DNA of 64,000 bases from Camelus ferus (lineage: Eukaryota): the NCBI RefSeq assembly GCF_009834535.1, contig NC_045697.1:95854001-95918000 (forward strand), written 5' to 3'. Numbering within the stretch: the stretch's first letter is position 1; every line of letters starts with the position of its first letter. The notes under the pieces were generated by a model. It saw nothing but the letters and a program-made list of their open reading frames with translations, was not told the origin of the DNA and did not search any database. Shown one piece after another: positions 12,889 through 26,995 of this stretch. Position numbers and translations under genes: made by a program.

Positions 12889-13609
12889 CTGAAGGTTTAA
12901 TATTATTCCTTAACTTTATACCAGTGGGGTGCACTTTTTCACAGTAATATATTTGATATAGTTATAACAATCAAACTGTTTCACTAAACGAATAGATACA
13001 ATGAATCTGTATTTGTATCTAGAGATTTCTGAAATTGGAAAGAGCCTTTGACTTAATCCTCAGATCTCTAGCACACAGAGAAACTAAACCTATTTTTACA
13101 CAGGAAAATTGAAAAGATGAAGCAAATACATGAATGATTCAGTCTAAAGAAATTACCTTGTCATTTTGCAAGAAGAGCTTGAAGCATAAATTTAGATATC
13201 CCTATTATTTACTTTTTATCAAATCTAATACCTTGCTAAACTGAAATCACTTTTGTTTAATATTAAAACATTCTTAATGGAAAATACACATTGTCAAGCA
13301 AAATTTATCTAGAATTCAGAATATGTTTGCTAAATACACACTGTATTTCCAGTGTATGTAGGTAAAGTTATCTTATTAAATTGTGGGACTATGAGTCTAT
13401 CAGTGGTAGTATAAAACAATGAATATGTTTGAATCACACTTGAATTTCAACAACACAATCTCTTATTTTCATGGTTAAATTTTAAACAATTGGACAGGAA
13501 AATAAAATATAAGTTTTGGTGTTGTATGAATTATATCCTGAGTCCTAATTATTCTCTATAGTACCCATGCAGAAATATACCTACACCCATTACTTAATTA
13601 TCAACTATT

Positions 13610-14610
13610 TTTTGACGAGTTCCACATTTTTTCCTCCAGTTCAATTTTCTCTCAGAATACCAAGTACCTACAAGACATCTCAATATGTATGATCGCAAAA
13701 TCCCTCAGCCCAATATATACAAAAACTTAAGTTGACACGTCCTTCAAATAATCTTTCCTATAAATTCTCTATCTCAGTAAGTGGCACCCATCAACTGTAC
13801 CCAAATGCTTAAACAAGAACCCCAGGCATTACTCATAATCCCTCTCTCTTTCTTCCTTACACTCTTAGTCTGGTTCCTACTTACTCTCTGGCACTAGCCA
13901 CCCCCTCTTTCTGCTTCTTCCAGGCAAACTTTGAGTTCCTTTATAAACTTTGCTTTTGTTATAAACTTTTTTTTATTAAGTTATAGCTGATGCACAATAT
14001 TATATAAGTTATAGGTGTACAATATAGTGATTCATAATTTTTAAAGGTTATACTCCGCTTACAGTTATTATAAAATAATAGCTATATTACCTGAATTGTA
14101 CAATGTATCCTTGTAGCTTTTTTTCACACATAATAATTGTACCTCTTACTCTTCTCCATGTTGCTCCTCCCACTTTCCTCTCCCTACTGGTAACCACTGG
14201 TTTATTGTCTGTGTGTGTGAGTCTGCTTCTTTTTTGTTATAGTCACTAACTTGTCATGGTTTTTAGTTTCCACATATAAATGATACTGCTCTGACTCTTA
14301 CTTCTGCTAGAAATATACTCTTCATCTCCTCCTAATTTATCAGCTAACCCTACTCATCTTAAATTGATCTTATTTTAGACACTACTTCGTCCCAGATGTC
14401 ATTATAAACAACCAAATGGGCTTCTCGGGAGCTATGAGCCTCAGTGGTGTCCTGTGCTGTAATTGCTTTTTTACTTCAGAATTAGAAGCAATTCCCCCAG
14501 TAGTTTCTTAGTTCCTTTATGGCAGGCAACATGTCTAGCATGTTCAGCATAGAAATTCCCAGTACATGGCCCAAAAGCTTGCCAAAGCAAGTCTTTGTGG
14601 AGTTAATGAA
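13610..14610 (+). mobile_element. LINE L2 interrupted by a younger L1 3' end
   Basis: L2-like CTCAGTAAGTGGCACC...CCCTCTCTCTTTC on the left and L2 3'-end motifs on the right of the L1 insert. Confidence 0.65.
13967..14285 (-). mobile_element. 5'-truncated L1 3' end (cetartiodactyl type)
   Basis: Poly(T) then TATAGCTGATGCACAATATTATATAAGTT...GGTAACCACTGG; same family as 40484-40743. Confidence 0.88.
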
Positions 14611-15245
14611 TTTCAAAACTACAAGATGTTCAGAGTACAGAGGAACACTTCAAATTTATATGTGAAACATGTATCATATGTAAGAACTATCAATCTCATG
14701 AAATTTATTGGTGATGACATCTTTATAAAGAAAAATTTCACTTAGATTCTATAATTAAGAATGACTAGATATGGAGTAATCATAGTAGATATCCCATTCC
14801 TTTTCTAGATGTGTGTAGAGGCCCTGATGAATTAGACATATGAATTCAAGTAGTATGAGGTTTTATTTTAATTGAAAAAGACTTTAAAACAGAATGTTAA
14901 AAGAATGAGATACTTTTCATAAAGTTACAGTAATTCTTTATAAGCGATTTTGAATCTACTACAATGCAACCAAAGAATCTGCAAAATGGCATCTTGAATC
15001 TGCAGTCAGATTTATAATTTATTGTTCACTAAAAATTGTTCTAAGGTTTCTCTTCCTTTCAGTTACACTGAGATTCTAGTAAAGTTGTTTTACTCCTGTT
15101 GAAGCCTTATGCTTATTTGTTTCTCCCTTGAATCAAGTATTTGAATCTTATCTGAGGTTGTGATTAATTAAGAACCACCCAAAGAGTAAGCTCTCCCCTT
15201 GGCCCCTGGTCTAAGAAATATGGCTCTTATGCACAGACTGCCCAC

Positions 15246-15436
15246 CCTTTCAGACCCATGGCGGCTTCCTCCACCTCAGTTGTTTCAGTAGTACGTGTGT
15301 AAGTTCTCTGTTTCCTCCTTTTCAGCTTCTTTAATGTTTTTATATATTTTAAGACATAATCATAAGATCTCCTGTTCAACTTTGTGATTTTCTTCCTTTC
15401 CCCCTCATCATTTAGCTCTTTCTTTTTCCAATAACC
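15246..15436 (-). pseudogene. Candidate coding exon of an unidentified gene
   Basis: TTCCTCTGCAG| acceptor and AGG|GTGGGC donor, 191 bp; one frame fully open (GYWKKKELNDEGERKK...), another coiled-coil-like with only TGA stops (LLEKERAK**GGKEENHKVEQEIL*LCLK). Confidence 0.45.
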
Positions 15437-16309
15437 CTGCAGAGGAATGACTTGCAAACCCTGTCGATTGCCGCCAAAATTCTCAAAGGTGAGAGATTGA
15501 TTCATTTCAAAGTAAAAATTTCCATTGAAGAATATTACAAAGGTAAAATCATAGTTGTGAAGGCACAATTTTTTTCCAACATAAAAGTAGCATGTAGCTC
15601 ATTTCATTTGTAACAATAGATTCAGCATGATTTCCCCTCTTGAAGGAAACAAAAGACAATAATAAAATGATATACTGATACTGTATCCCTACATATACAG
15701 ACTTTCAATAAGTATTTATTGAAAGAATGGAAGTTATTCATAAACTTGAGCTTGAAGAGCCCGATGGAATGGAATCTGTTCTCAACAAGGAAGTTTCATA
15801 TTTAGGGATAGAGAACAATGATACGATCTGACTAAGGAAACTCAGAGGAGATACAGCCAACATAGAGAAAAGCAATAGAGGAAGGGACAGGCAGCAGAAA
15901 GAGAAGTTTCTGAAGGAGGCGTTGCTAATAACCATGCTGTACTTGAGAAAAGGCTTTCTTCCCTGACTCCATTATTTTACCATGCTAACTCACCCTGAAA
16001 GCTGTGTCCCCATATAAAAGCACAGTAGGTAACTTTTCTGGTCCCAGAAAAAAAATTCCACTCTCTGTAATCTGTAACCTGCCTTTAATTTTACATATTT
16101 TCTTCTACTCATCTTTGGATGGTATTCATTTCTTGAAGGATAAACTATGTGGCTTACCAAATTCAGACAAATAGGATCCAGTCCAGGTAAAAGATGAGTA
16201 CATTGTTTTTATATTAGTTGTACTAGCAAGGCACAATCTTGATCATAAATAATTGAGCAGAATAGTAAGTGCAAAGCCATAATAATCTGAAATATAAAAA
16301 TATAATCTC

Positions 16310-16505
16310 TTTCTCTATATTCATATATTTCTCATACATTTCATATATCTCTCTGTGTGTATTCATATATATGTATATGTGCGTGTGCATATTTGTGTGT
16401 ATAATTTTGAATTGTATTATTTAATTTGATTTATTTACACAGATATTATGTACTTTATATGACTATGTATACAAACTATACATACAAGCGCACACATACA
16501 CGTAT
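16310..16505. repeat. TA/TG/CA-rich low-complexity tract
   Basis: Degenerate alternating purine-pyrimidine repeats. Confidence 0.6.
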
Positions 16506-18349
16506 ACCCTATGCAAGTAAATAGGTCAAATTAATTTGTTGCAAATCTTTAAAATTTTTACATTTAACTATACTTTGACTACTTGATAGAAATAATTTCA
16601 GTGTTAGTTTTATAAAGGAATACTTCTTGGTAGTGCAATTATGATATTGTTAAATTTTGTATACATCTCCCTAAAACTAAGTCACATTGCCCTGAATGGA
16701 ATGAGTTATGCTATAGTAAACACACTATAAATCCTCCAAGGATTTAAGCCAACCTGCAAACAATTTAGATTTTGTTTTGTGACAACATATACAGAGAGTT
16801 TTAAAAACTATTAATCCCTTTTATCCATAGGTGCAAAAGAAAAGTGCCAAAAATGGCTGTTTAAAAACAAGAGTGTAGTATTCCTAGAGTTACCAGTGGT
16901 AGAGAGCTATTCCACCACCATCCCCTCCACCTAAGTATCTGGGTTTCCACAATGACCTACCAGTGTGCCAGGACCAAGGACTCAAAAACTACATAGTATA
17001 ACAGACAAGATAACAAAGTCAGACCCAAGGGATCAGGACACATAGTGCTGATAAAAGCTTTTGTCACAACATATCCTACAGTCCCCAAAGGCATAGAGCA
17101 TGAACACAGTAAGCAGTTTTATTCTTAGTACAGATTGGGTCAGTTAATCTCCCTTATTTTCCTTATTGGCAAAACATGAATGTGGCCCAGAACATGTAGA
17201 AATGGACCTAATGTTCAAACACGACAGGCCCCTAAGTGTGTTTTCCCTAAGTTGTGGACTTCAGTGTGTGTGGTGTGCACACCAGGAGATATGCACACTA
17301 AGCCATTAGGATGCAGGAAAAACACAATTCATATTTCTGGTAATTTCTATATTAAAAATAAGTTAAACTTTTCAATATTTTATACATGGATTTGCACTGA
17401 TGGCAAATTATATTTCCGATAATCATGTTTCAGGTAAGGTACTAATGGTAATTTGAGAGAAGAACGGGGATGCTGACAGTGGTGTCTCCAGTACTAATAT
17501 ATATTATACCATCTATTTTAAGTTAAACTAAGGCAAACTCCATAAAATACAAAGGTTATTTTAAAGATTCTTCTAAATAAACTAGGTTGAAGATAATAAT
17601 ATATAAGTCTAAGGAAACAAGACTGGTAGAGCTGACATTTCTGCACTTAACTGTGGGATCACAATCAGTCTTTCCTACAAGATAAAAGCCCTGGTTATCT
17701 ACTGGGGTCTGAAACTTAAAGAATTAAGAAAACTTTTTGATATAAAGACTTATATCCACTATCGTTCATGAACCTCATTTCAGGTGCATTATGCCTTGAG
17801 AATCAATTTATGATCACATCAAACTTCACAACCCAGAAGTCATTTCAATATATTTTTAAAGAATTTCAACTTTAGCTCAGTCTTTGAAAATGACTGTATC
17901 TGCATTATAGTTTTAACATGTATATAATTTATAATCAGCAAATACATGTTCAATAGGTGTGGTCAAAATTTATTGTACTGATAGGAAAAGTGTTTGATGA
18001 AGTCCCGAGACCTATGCATTGGAGGACTGTGTGCTCTGGCACAAATCATTAGGGGCCTTTGGGACAAAAAGGAAATGCAATCTTACAAGGCAGCCGGAGA
18101 CAGTACCTAGAACTAGATAATCCATTTCATGGTTATGCCCAGATATGACATTGAGAGAAACAAACATTATTTCATTCATTTTACTAATATTTATTGAATC
18201 TACCATATAAAGGGTGATAACAATTATGCTGAGAATAAAAGCAAAGACATCACTCCAGGCAGAAGGCAGACATTTAAAAATTGGTGAAGAGTGTGTTTCG
18301 TGTGGGACTATATAGAGAATTTGTTCTGTCTCAACCCTGTTTCCCTCTT

Positions 18350-18510
18350 TACTACTTCCTGGCTCTGAGGGTACCAAGTTACTGAACTTACGTTATCTCA
18401 CTGTAAAGTAACAGTGGTAGTAGCGCACAACTCACAGGTTTGTTAAGATGATGCTTGAATTACTGCATGCAAAGCACTTTAACACAAAGTCTGCCATTTT
18501 CTAGTTGCTG
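18350..18510 (+). mobile_element. MIR fragment
   Basis: CAAGTTACTGAAC...CTGTAAAG...TCACAGGTTTGTTAAGAT...GCAAAGCACTT. Confidence 0.55.
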
Positions 18511-18541
18511 CCTAGAGTTACCTTATCGTAGACTCTGCTTT

Positions 18542-18930
18542 TTCTTTCTGCAAAATCTTTTCTAACTTTATTTACACCCAGTAGTTCCCAAATTTAGTTC
18601 ACTTCTTATTTACTTATTTTTTTTTTATTGAAGTATAGTCGATTTACAATGTGTTAATTTCTGGTGTACAGTATAGTGATTCAGTTATACGTGTGTATAT
18701 TAGTTTTCATATTCTTTTCCATTATAGGCTATTACAAGACATTGCACATAGTTCCCTGTGCTATTCGGTAGGACATTTGTTGTTTATCTATTTTATATAT
18801 AGTAGTTAGTGTCTGCAAATCCTGAACTCCCAATTTATCTCTCCAACACCCCTTTCCCCCTGGTAACCCTAAGTTTGTTTTCTATGTCTGTGAGTCTGTT
18901 TCTGTTTTGTAAACAAGTTCATTTGCGTCA
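18542..18930 (-). mobile_element. 5'-truncated L1 3' end with probable 3' transduction
   Basis: L1 3'UTR at ~18616-18930; 13-bp TSD TAGACTCTGCTTT at 18529-18541 and 18931-18943. Confidence 0.85.
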
Positions 18931-20059
18931 TAGACTCTGCTTTGTAGTAGAAGTCTCTCTATTTTTATTCCGTATTGAATTAACAGCACATGGCATCTTG
19001 TTTTAACATAGCAGTGATTGCTGACGGAATAAATAACTCAATAAATGAAAAGTCAGCAGGAGAAGGTTGGAAAGGCAAGTCTAGGAGAATAGTTATAACT
19101 TGGCTTACCCACTTATTAAGGGTAATCTAGCAGTGGCATGATGATAAATACTTTATCGAAAATTTATGTACCAATTTATATATCAATATATTACACTGTT
19201 GGCCATTTTTAATATAATCTATATGATGTATAATAAGGAATTTGTATGATGAAGTGTAGCGTACCCTACAGATAGTTTATAATCTAATATCCTATGTTTT
19301 GTTTTCTGATACATGTTTTAAAGTTATGATAAGCCTCAATTAATGGTAAGTATCTTTACTTTGAACTATCATCCTCAATATTTTCAATTTCTTAGGCATA
19401 ATTTTGCTTTAGGGTTGCATGTATTTAAGGCTGCATGTGAAGCTTTTCTGAAGCCTTTTAAAAAATATAGTAGTATTAAAAATACTATTTTTCAATATAA
19501 TTAAATTATTTCAAACAGAAATTTATGAGAAAAAAACCAATTTTAAAATATCTTTCTTTTTAATATTTCCAAAAATTTATATTAAAATGTAAATCTATTT
19601 CCTTACTATATCTGTATACATTATCATAAAGCTAAAACTTTAACTGCTTTGTTCTGCAAGGTTAATTTTTAATGCTGTCTTGTTAAAATATGTTACTGAA
19701 CATTAAGAAATTAAGATGTGTTGAGTTTAAATTATAATGTGGCAGAATGTAGAAACTGAATAATGGAGTAAATGAAGAGATACCACATAAGATGAAAATA
19801 ATATCATTTGCATAAAAACCTACAAATTACTGAAAATGACATCCTTCTTGTTTAATACATTTAATCTATTTTTTGTTTCTCACTGAATATTCTTATAAGA
19901 TTAACACCATAGTACTCTGGATGGATGCTACCAAAAATAACAAAACCAGGCTGATTGATTCCATTACCTATTCATTGCTATTCAATCTAGAGCTTTTATT
20001 CTTAACAAACAACAATAATCTCTAATTAGTGCTCCCAGATATTTTTCAAGTTTTAAATA

Positions 20060-21065
20060 CAAACTATTCTCCTCAACCTTCTCCCCCTCACTCTCTGCAG
20101 ACAAATTTGCTCTCCATTTTGTGAAAACCTTCAGTTTCTCTTCTTAGGGATCATGATTGCATGACTCTCACTCCCTTTTCTTTATCTCAAAACTGATTCT
20201 TCTTCTTCTACAAAGCTAATCACCCCACTTACATCCTTGATTCCATCTCCAATCTTACAACTCAGATTTTACTCAAATGTTCTGGATCATCTTTTTTTTT
20301 TTTTTTTCTCCTTTGAATCATTTCTTCTGTCTACCATGACCAAAACCAAACAAAATTTAAGGCACAATTCATTTCAGTATGTAATTGGAATTTACATCCC
20401 TCTAACCCTGATTAAGGAATCATTCTCTCTTTGTCTCAGTTGGCACTTGACGTCTTGCCATGTAACAAACACAGCGTTCAAACATTGATTCTGTAGTTTG
20501 CATGCGGCATCAGAACTGGATAGACTAGCATTAACTTTGAAACCTTAGGAAAGTTACTTAATCTTGCTGTACCTTTGACTAAAACATGTCTAAAAACAGG
20601 GAAAATAATAGTGCCAACCTCCCAACATTGTGTGAAGATTAAATATATGTAAGTCAAGGGCCAGCGACTGCATACAGAGTACTGTACAGACAACTGAAAC
20701 AATCTTACTATTAAAACCATCAGAGTGTTGTTGCTGACCCAACTACCTCACTTTCCACCTTTCTATTTAAAATGGCAGTAATCTGACTTGCCTTTTTTAC
20801 TTCAACTTTTGGCCTTAGTCTCCTGGATCTTCAGTTCTCACAGCCCTCATTCTCTAGAACACAAGTCACTGGGACCCCCTTCTTGAATGTGACTCCTCGC
20901 CTCCCCAGTATCTGAGTGGCCGGCTCCTCTCTCAGCTGCTTCTCTGTCTTGTTCCGTATCCTCTTCCCGCTTTTACTTTCATCTACTCAGAGTTTCCCTG
21001 AGGTTCTATACTTTATCTTCTCCTCCCTGTCTATGCATTCTTGCTCTGTTCTATTTATGACCTGA
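20060..21065 (+). mobile_element. L2 fragments with an embedded MIR (~20490-20720)
   Basis: Pyrimidine-rich L2-like sequence on both sides; MIR core AAGTTACTTAATCTT...AAAAACAGGGAAAATAATAGTGCCAACCTC. Confidence 0.6.
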
Positions 21066-21704
21066 CAAGTTAACATCACATATGAAAAAGCTGTCCTTCT
21101 GAGAAACCAGAATATAGCGCATGGTACAGAAGTTATCTGATCGTTTCCCTTTGTCCTAGTCTCCTCTTGTTTTCCTCCCAGAGGCAATAAATCTTCTGAC
21201 CAGTACCATCACTCTACAAATTATATAGTATTCTTATGCTTTTTTTTTTAATGCAAATGTTATTTAATTGTATATTTTCTGTACCTTGCTTTAAATCCAA
21301 CAAGTCATTTGGAGGATTAACTATTTTGGTGGAGTGCATCTAGTACATTCCACTTTACTTTCAGCAGTATCTACCTACCATCTATACCACATTTTACTAA
21401 ACATTTCCCCTATTAATATGCTATTAATATGTCTTCTTACTTGATTTCCTAGTAATAGTTACATTTCTGTAAACCTATTTCTCTATTATGAGAAGAACTA
21501 AAGTATATATCTGTATGCTTTTCTCCTGGAACTTTTATGACACAACCACAAACTGGCAGGCAGCATAGTGTTTTCAGCTTACAACTGTGTCTTATTAGTC
21601 TTCAGGGTATTTCTTTATTGTTTCAATTTAGAACTGAGTTTTCTTTTTCCTGGATTATGGCTTTAGAAATACCTAAGTGAGACCTGTTCTGATAGTGGGT
21701 ATCT

Positions 21705-22375
21705 GTGGTTTTGCTTGCCCAGCATATTTCCCTTTTTCTGGTAAAAGTATTTAAAATATTCCTGAACATACTTCTTGATTGGTGTTGGTTATTTACAGTG
21801 TGCTTTATAAACCAATTAGTACATGAGACCGAAAAAAATGTAATGCAGAGGGAAGTCAATAATTCAGTTTTATGATCAGCGGGAGATTTTTTTGTATATT
21901 TGTTCTTCTACTCTGCCCCTTTATTATTTTTTCTTCATTTTTGCGGTTTTTAATTCCAGGCTCTTTGGAGATCACTAGTAGTGGTTATATGATTTAGCCC
22001 TTATAAGTATGTATATTTTATTCACTGACCATAATTATTTGTTCAGAGATGGGCATATGACCCAGCCCACGTGCATGGAACTCAGTTTGAATTAATTGGC
22101 TGAGAAGGACATGCACAATTTTTAACTTTGGAAAATTTAAGTCTGAGTTAGAGAATATCTATCAGGTTGAAAGCCGGCCTAGAAGCAATGTCAACTGAGA
22201 GGAAAGCCAGACCAAGATGAGAAAGGGTGAGGGAGACAGAGACAGGGAGAGAGGGTCCTAATCTCCTGATGCTGTGGTACTGTGTCTCCACAGGCATCAT
22301 TATATTTTATATAAGATGACACATATGCCTTTTCATCTAAGCCAGTCTGAACTCGGGTTCTCATCACCTGCTGCA
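21705..22375 (+). mobile_element. Old MaLR LTR (MLT1J/K-like)
   Basis: GATGGGCATATGACCCAG and 3' end TAAGCCAGTCTGAACTCGGGTTCTCATCACCTGC. Confidence 0.6.
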
Positions 22376-23375
22376 GTGGAAACAGTTTCAATGCAATGCC
22401 AGTCTCGATACAGAGCAGCTGTTCTCTAGGCCACAAATAAACACAGTAGAAAGATAACAAGCTAAGTCCTAAATTATGTTCTGTTTCTCATTAACTGATT
22501 CTTACGTGAATTTACCTTCTGGCTCCATCTTTTTACTGTTGTTCTACATATTCTTAGAATAATTACAGTCATAAAAACATAATATAATGGATGATTAAAA
22601 AGAAGTTCTGAGATGTTATTTATCAATAAGCTATTGATTCTTTAAAACTGACATAAAATTTGATTTTATGTCAGTATATTTTATTTCAAAATAACTTTTG
22701 CTACTGACATATACATTCAGAAAATTATTTTGCTATTGGCTATTTCACACATAATATAAATAATAAATGTTCATATGACTAAATTGAATGCTTGCCTTGT
22801 AATCACAAAGAATTTTGACACATTAACATTTAAATAGTAGTCTATGGCAAATTGATTTCATAGTAATTAATCTTTAAACTGCAAATTGACATTACATAAG
22901 TGTGTTAATTGATATAAATAGCATGGTAGCTTATATGTTAAATGTCAAATGTGTATTACTAACAGTTAAAATTTATTAAAAATAAATTAATTACACATAT
23001 AGGCCTTGTCATATAATCTTAATTATATTAGATTCTTGTCTCAGAAACTCATTTTCACTGAATATTTTCAATAAATTATTAAATATTGAATAATTATGCA
23101 GCTTATTTGATTATGAATATTTAGGTTACTTGTATAATAGGAAAATTATATACTAGTCCCTTTTATCAGGAGATTATAGAATTAAATTTTTTTTCTGTTT
23201 TCCATAATGCCTACGTATGTATTTCTTTGACTGAAGGGAAAGTAAACATAAATAATAAGAGCAAAAGTGCAGAGAACAGACTTAGGAACTCTCATCCAGC
23301 AATCATTCCTTGTGTATGAATGTAGAGTTTAAGTACAAAATTAATAAAATTCTAATAGAAAAGTGTATGTTGGTG

Positions 23376-23740
23376 ATAATATCCCATAGTTCCCTTGGTT
23401 CTGTTTTTCTTCATTTTTTTTTCTTTCTGCTCCTATAGTGTGTAATTTCAACTGCCCTATATCTAATTTTGCTGATTTTTTCTTGTTTCTGCTTAAATTT
23501 GCTGTTGATTCTTTCTGGTGATTTTCTGCATGTCTGATATTACAGTTTTCAACTCCACAGTATCTATTTAGTTTTCTTTTTATAATTTCTCTCTCTTTAT
23601 TGATAATCTCTATTAATTTTCCTGGTTTCCTTCACTCTCTGTTCATAATTTATTACAGCTTTTAGAGAATGTTTAAGACAGTTAGTCTATTAGTAAGTCT
23701 AATGTCTAGGCTTCCTCAGGGTTGGTTTCTGTCAATTACT
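23376..23740 (-). mobile_element. L1 ORF1-region fragment, inverted relative to the adjacent L1
   Basis: T-rich antisense L1 ORF1-like sequence abutting sense ORF2 sequence. Confidence 0.6.
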
Positions 23741-26700
23741 TAGTTAAATGAAGAAACAAAAAATTAAGAAGCAAATAGCAAAAATTAGAAATAAAATTAG
23801 GACAAAAACAGTGACCTTATATAAATAAAAGGGATAATAAGTGAATATTAAAAAAAACTGTGTGACAACAATTTAGAGAATCTAGAAGAAATGGATACAT
23901 TCCTAGAAACACAAAAATTATCAAAACTGAATCAAAAATAAATAGAAAATCTCAACAGATCTTTAACAAGAAACTTAATTGAAAACCTACCAGTAAATAA
24001 AGTACAGAACTAGTTAACTTCAAGGGTGAATTCTGCCAAATTCTTAAGAAGAATTAATCCTGCTTGAATTCTTTCAAAAAAATAGAAAATGAATGAACAC
24101 TTCCTAACACATTGTATGAGGCCAGAATTACCCTGATACCAAAGCCAGTGAATGAAAAGAAATTTAAGATGAAAAAAACAAAACAAAACAAAACTACAGG
24201 CTAATATATCTCATGAGTATAGATGCAAAAGACTAGTATGCGAAACTTGATAATGCATTTAAAAAGTTATACATCTCGATTAAATGAGGTTTATCACAGA
24301 TGCGAAATATTAGTTCAATAAAAGAAAATCAAAGTAATAAATCACATTAATAGAATGAAGGAAGAAAACAATACATGGTTCTCTCAATACATGCAGAAAA
24401 AGCATCTGACAAAATTCAACACCCTTTTATGATAAAAATACTCAGAAAATGAGGGGTAGATAGAACTTCCTTAACATGACTAGTATCATTTATGAAAAAC
24501 GCACATTTAACATCATACTCAATTGTGAAAGATTGATAGTTTTCCCCTAAGATCAGGAACAAAACAAAAATATCTGCTTTCATCACTGCTTTTCAACATT
24601 GTATTGGAAGTTCTAGCCAGAGCAATTAGGCAAGAGAAAGAAATAACAGGCAGTCAAATTGGAAAAGAATAAGTAAAATTATTTCTATTCTATTCTTGAT
24701 TTTATAAAGAAAATTCCAAAGAAAGCTACTAGTGCTAATAAGTGAATTCAGCAAAGTTGCAAGGTATACAATCAACTCAAAAAAATCAGTTGTGTTTCTA
24801 TACACAGGCAATTAACATGTAAAGAAAGTTAGGAAAATAATTTTAATTGGTATAGTATCCCAAAGAATAAAATAGCTAGTAATAAATTTAACCAGTGACG
24901 TAAAAGATTTGTACAGTGAAAATTATAAACTATTGATTAAATAAACTAAAGAATATCTAAATGTAAAGGCATGACATGTTCATGGACTTAATATTGTTAA
25001 GATTACAACAGTCCCCAAAGCAATCTACACATTCAATGCAATCACTATGAAAATTCCAATGGCTTTTCTATATAGGAAATGGAAATGCTGATCCTCACAT
25101 TCACATGGAATTGCAAGAGGCCCTAAATAGTCAAAACAGTACTGAAAACAAAGAAACATACAAAAAAAACTAAGTAGAAAGACCTACATCTTGATTTCAA
25201 AATTTACTACAAAGCTACAATAATCAAAACAGTGTGGTACTGGCTTAAGAACAAACATAGAGAGCAATGAAATGGAATTAAGAATTTAGAAGGAACCTAA
25301 ATATTTTTGGCCAATTGATTTTTTTTGAAAAGAGTGCCAAGATCATTCAATGAGAGAAAAGAATCTCTCTGCACAAATGGTACTAGAATAATAGGATAGG
25401 CATATGGTTAAAAAAAAAAAAATCAAGTCAGACTCTCAACCTCAACTCATAAACAAAAATTTACTCAAAAATAGATGAACAACTTTGAGAGCTAAACTAA
25501 TAAAAGTATTTATTAGAAGAAAACATAGGAGTAAATTTTCATGACCTCAGAATTGCAATGGATTCTTAGATTGGACACCAAAAGCACAAGCAACAACAAC
25601 AAAAAATAGATATGTTAGACTTCATAAAATTAAAGATTCATGCATCAAATGACATTATCTTAGAACATTTGGGTTTCAATAACAGAATACCATAGACTAT
25701 TTGGCTTATAAACATCAGAAATGTATTACTCACAGTACTGGAGGTTGGGAAGTCTAAGATAAAAGCACCAACAGATCAGGTGTCTGATGAGGGTCTGCTT
25801 CCCAGCTCACAGATGTTCTTCTTCTCCCTGTGTCCACATATGGCAGAATGAGAAAGGGAAACTTTCTGGAATATCTTTTACAAGGGCATTAATTTTATTC
25901 ATTAGCCTCTACTCTCATGACCTAACTCCCTCCTAAATGCTCCACCTCCAAATACCAACTCAATGAGGATTAACTTTTAACATATGAATTTGGGGGGGAC
26001 ACAAACTTTCAGTCTGAAGTAGACATTATCAAGAAAGTGAAAATATAACCTACAGAATGGGATAAAAAATATTTGCAATTACAAATCTGATGAGTTTAGT
26101 ATCCGGAATATACAGAGAATTCTTGTAAGTTAACAAAAAAGACAATTTAATTTTTAGAGGGCTTTGATATTTCTCCAAAGAAAATATGCAAATGACCAAA
26201 AAGCACATGGAAAGATGACCATTAAGGAAATCTAAATCAAAGCCACAATGAATTACCACTCTACTCCAACAAGGAAAACATTTATTAAAAATAATGGTAA
26301 CAATAACTAATAATGTAACAACTGTTAAGAACATGGATAAATGGGAACCTTCATGCATTGATGGTGAGAATATAAAATGGTACTACTGTGTGGAATACAA
26401 TTTGGTGGTTTCTGAAAAAGTTAAAACCAGAATTATCATATGATCCAGTAATTCCTTTCCTAGGTACATATCTAATAGAAGTGAAAACTGATACTCAGAT
26501 ATTCATAAATTTTTATAGCAACACTATTCACAATAGCCAGATGGTAGAAACAACAGAAATGTCCACCAACAGATAAATGGATAAATAAATGATGGTTATA
26601 CATACAATGGAAAATTATTCAGTCATAAAAATGAATGAAGTACTGATACATTCAACAATTCGAGTGAACATCACCAACACTATGCAAAATGAAAGAAGCC

Positions 26701-26995
26701 AGACATGAAACGTTCATATTATTGTATGCTTACTTTTATATGACTTATCCAGAACAGGCCAATCCATAGAGACACAAAGTAGATTAGCAATTGCCAGTGT
26801 ATAGGGAGGGGGATGAAGAAAAATTGCTTAACAGATATGGTGTTTCTGTGAGACAGTGAAAAAGTTTTGATCCTAGAGAGGTGGTGGTTACACAACATTG
26901 CAAAAGGACCAACTGCCACTAAATTGTACGTTGTACACTAAATTATAAATTAAAATATTTAATTGTATATTATGTTAATTTCATCTAAATAAGAA
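23741..26995 (+). mobile_element. Old L1 (L1MB-like): decayed ORF2 plus 3'UTR
   Basis: ORF2 hallmarks GAAATGGATACATTCCTAGAAA, TATGAGGCCAGAATTACCCTGATACCAAAGCCAG, GCAGAAAAAGCATCTGACAAAATTCAAC; 3'UTR at ~26690-26990; many stops and frameshifts. Confidence 0.9.
25656..26021 (-). mobile_element. MaLR solo LTR (MLT1A/MST-like) nested in L1
   Basis: Antisense MaLR pattern ending ATATGAATTTGGGGGGGACACAAAC; 5-bp TSD GACAT at 25651-25655 and 26022-26026. Confidence 0.88.
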
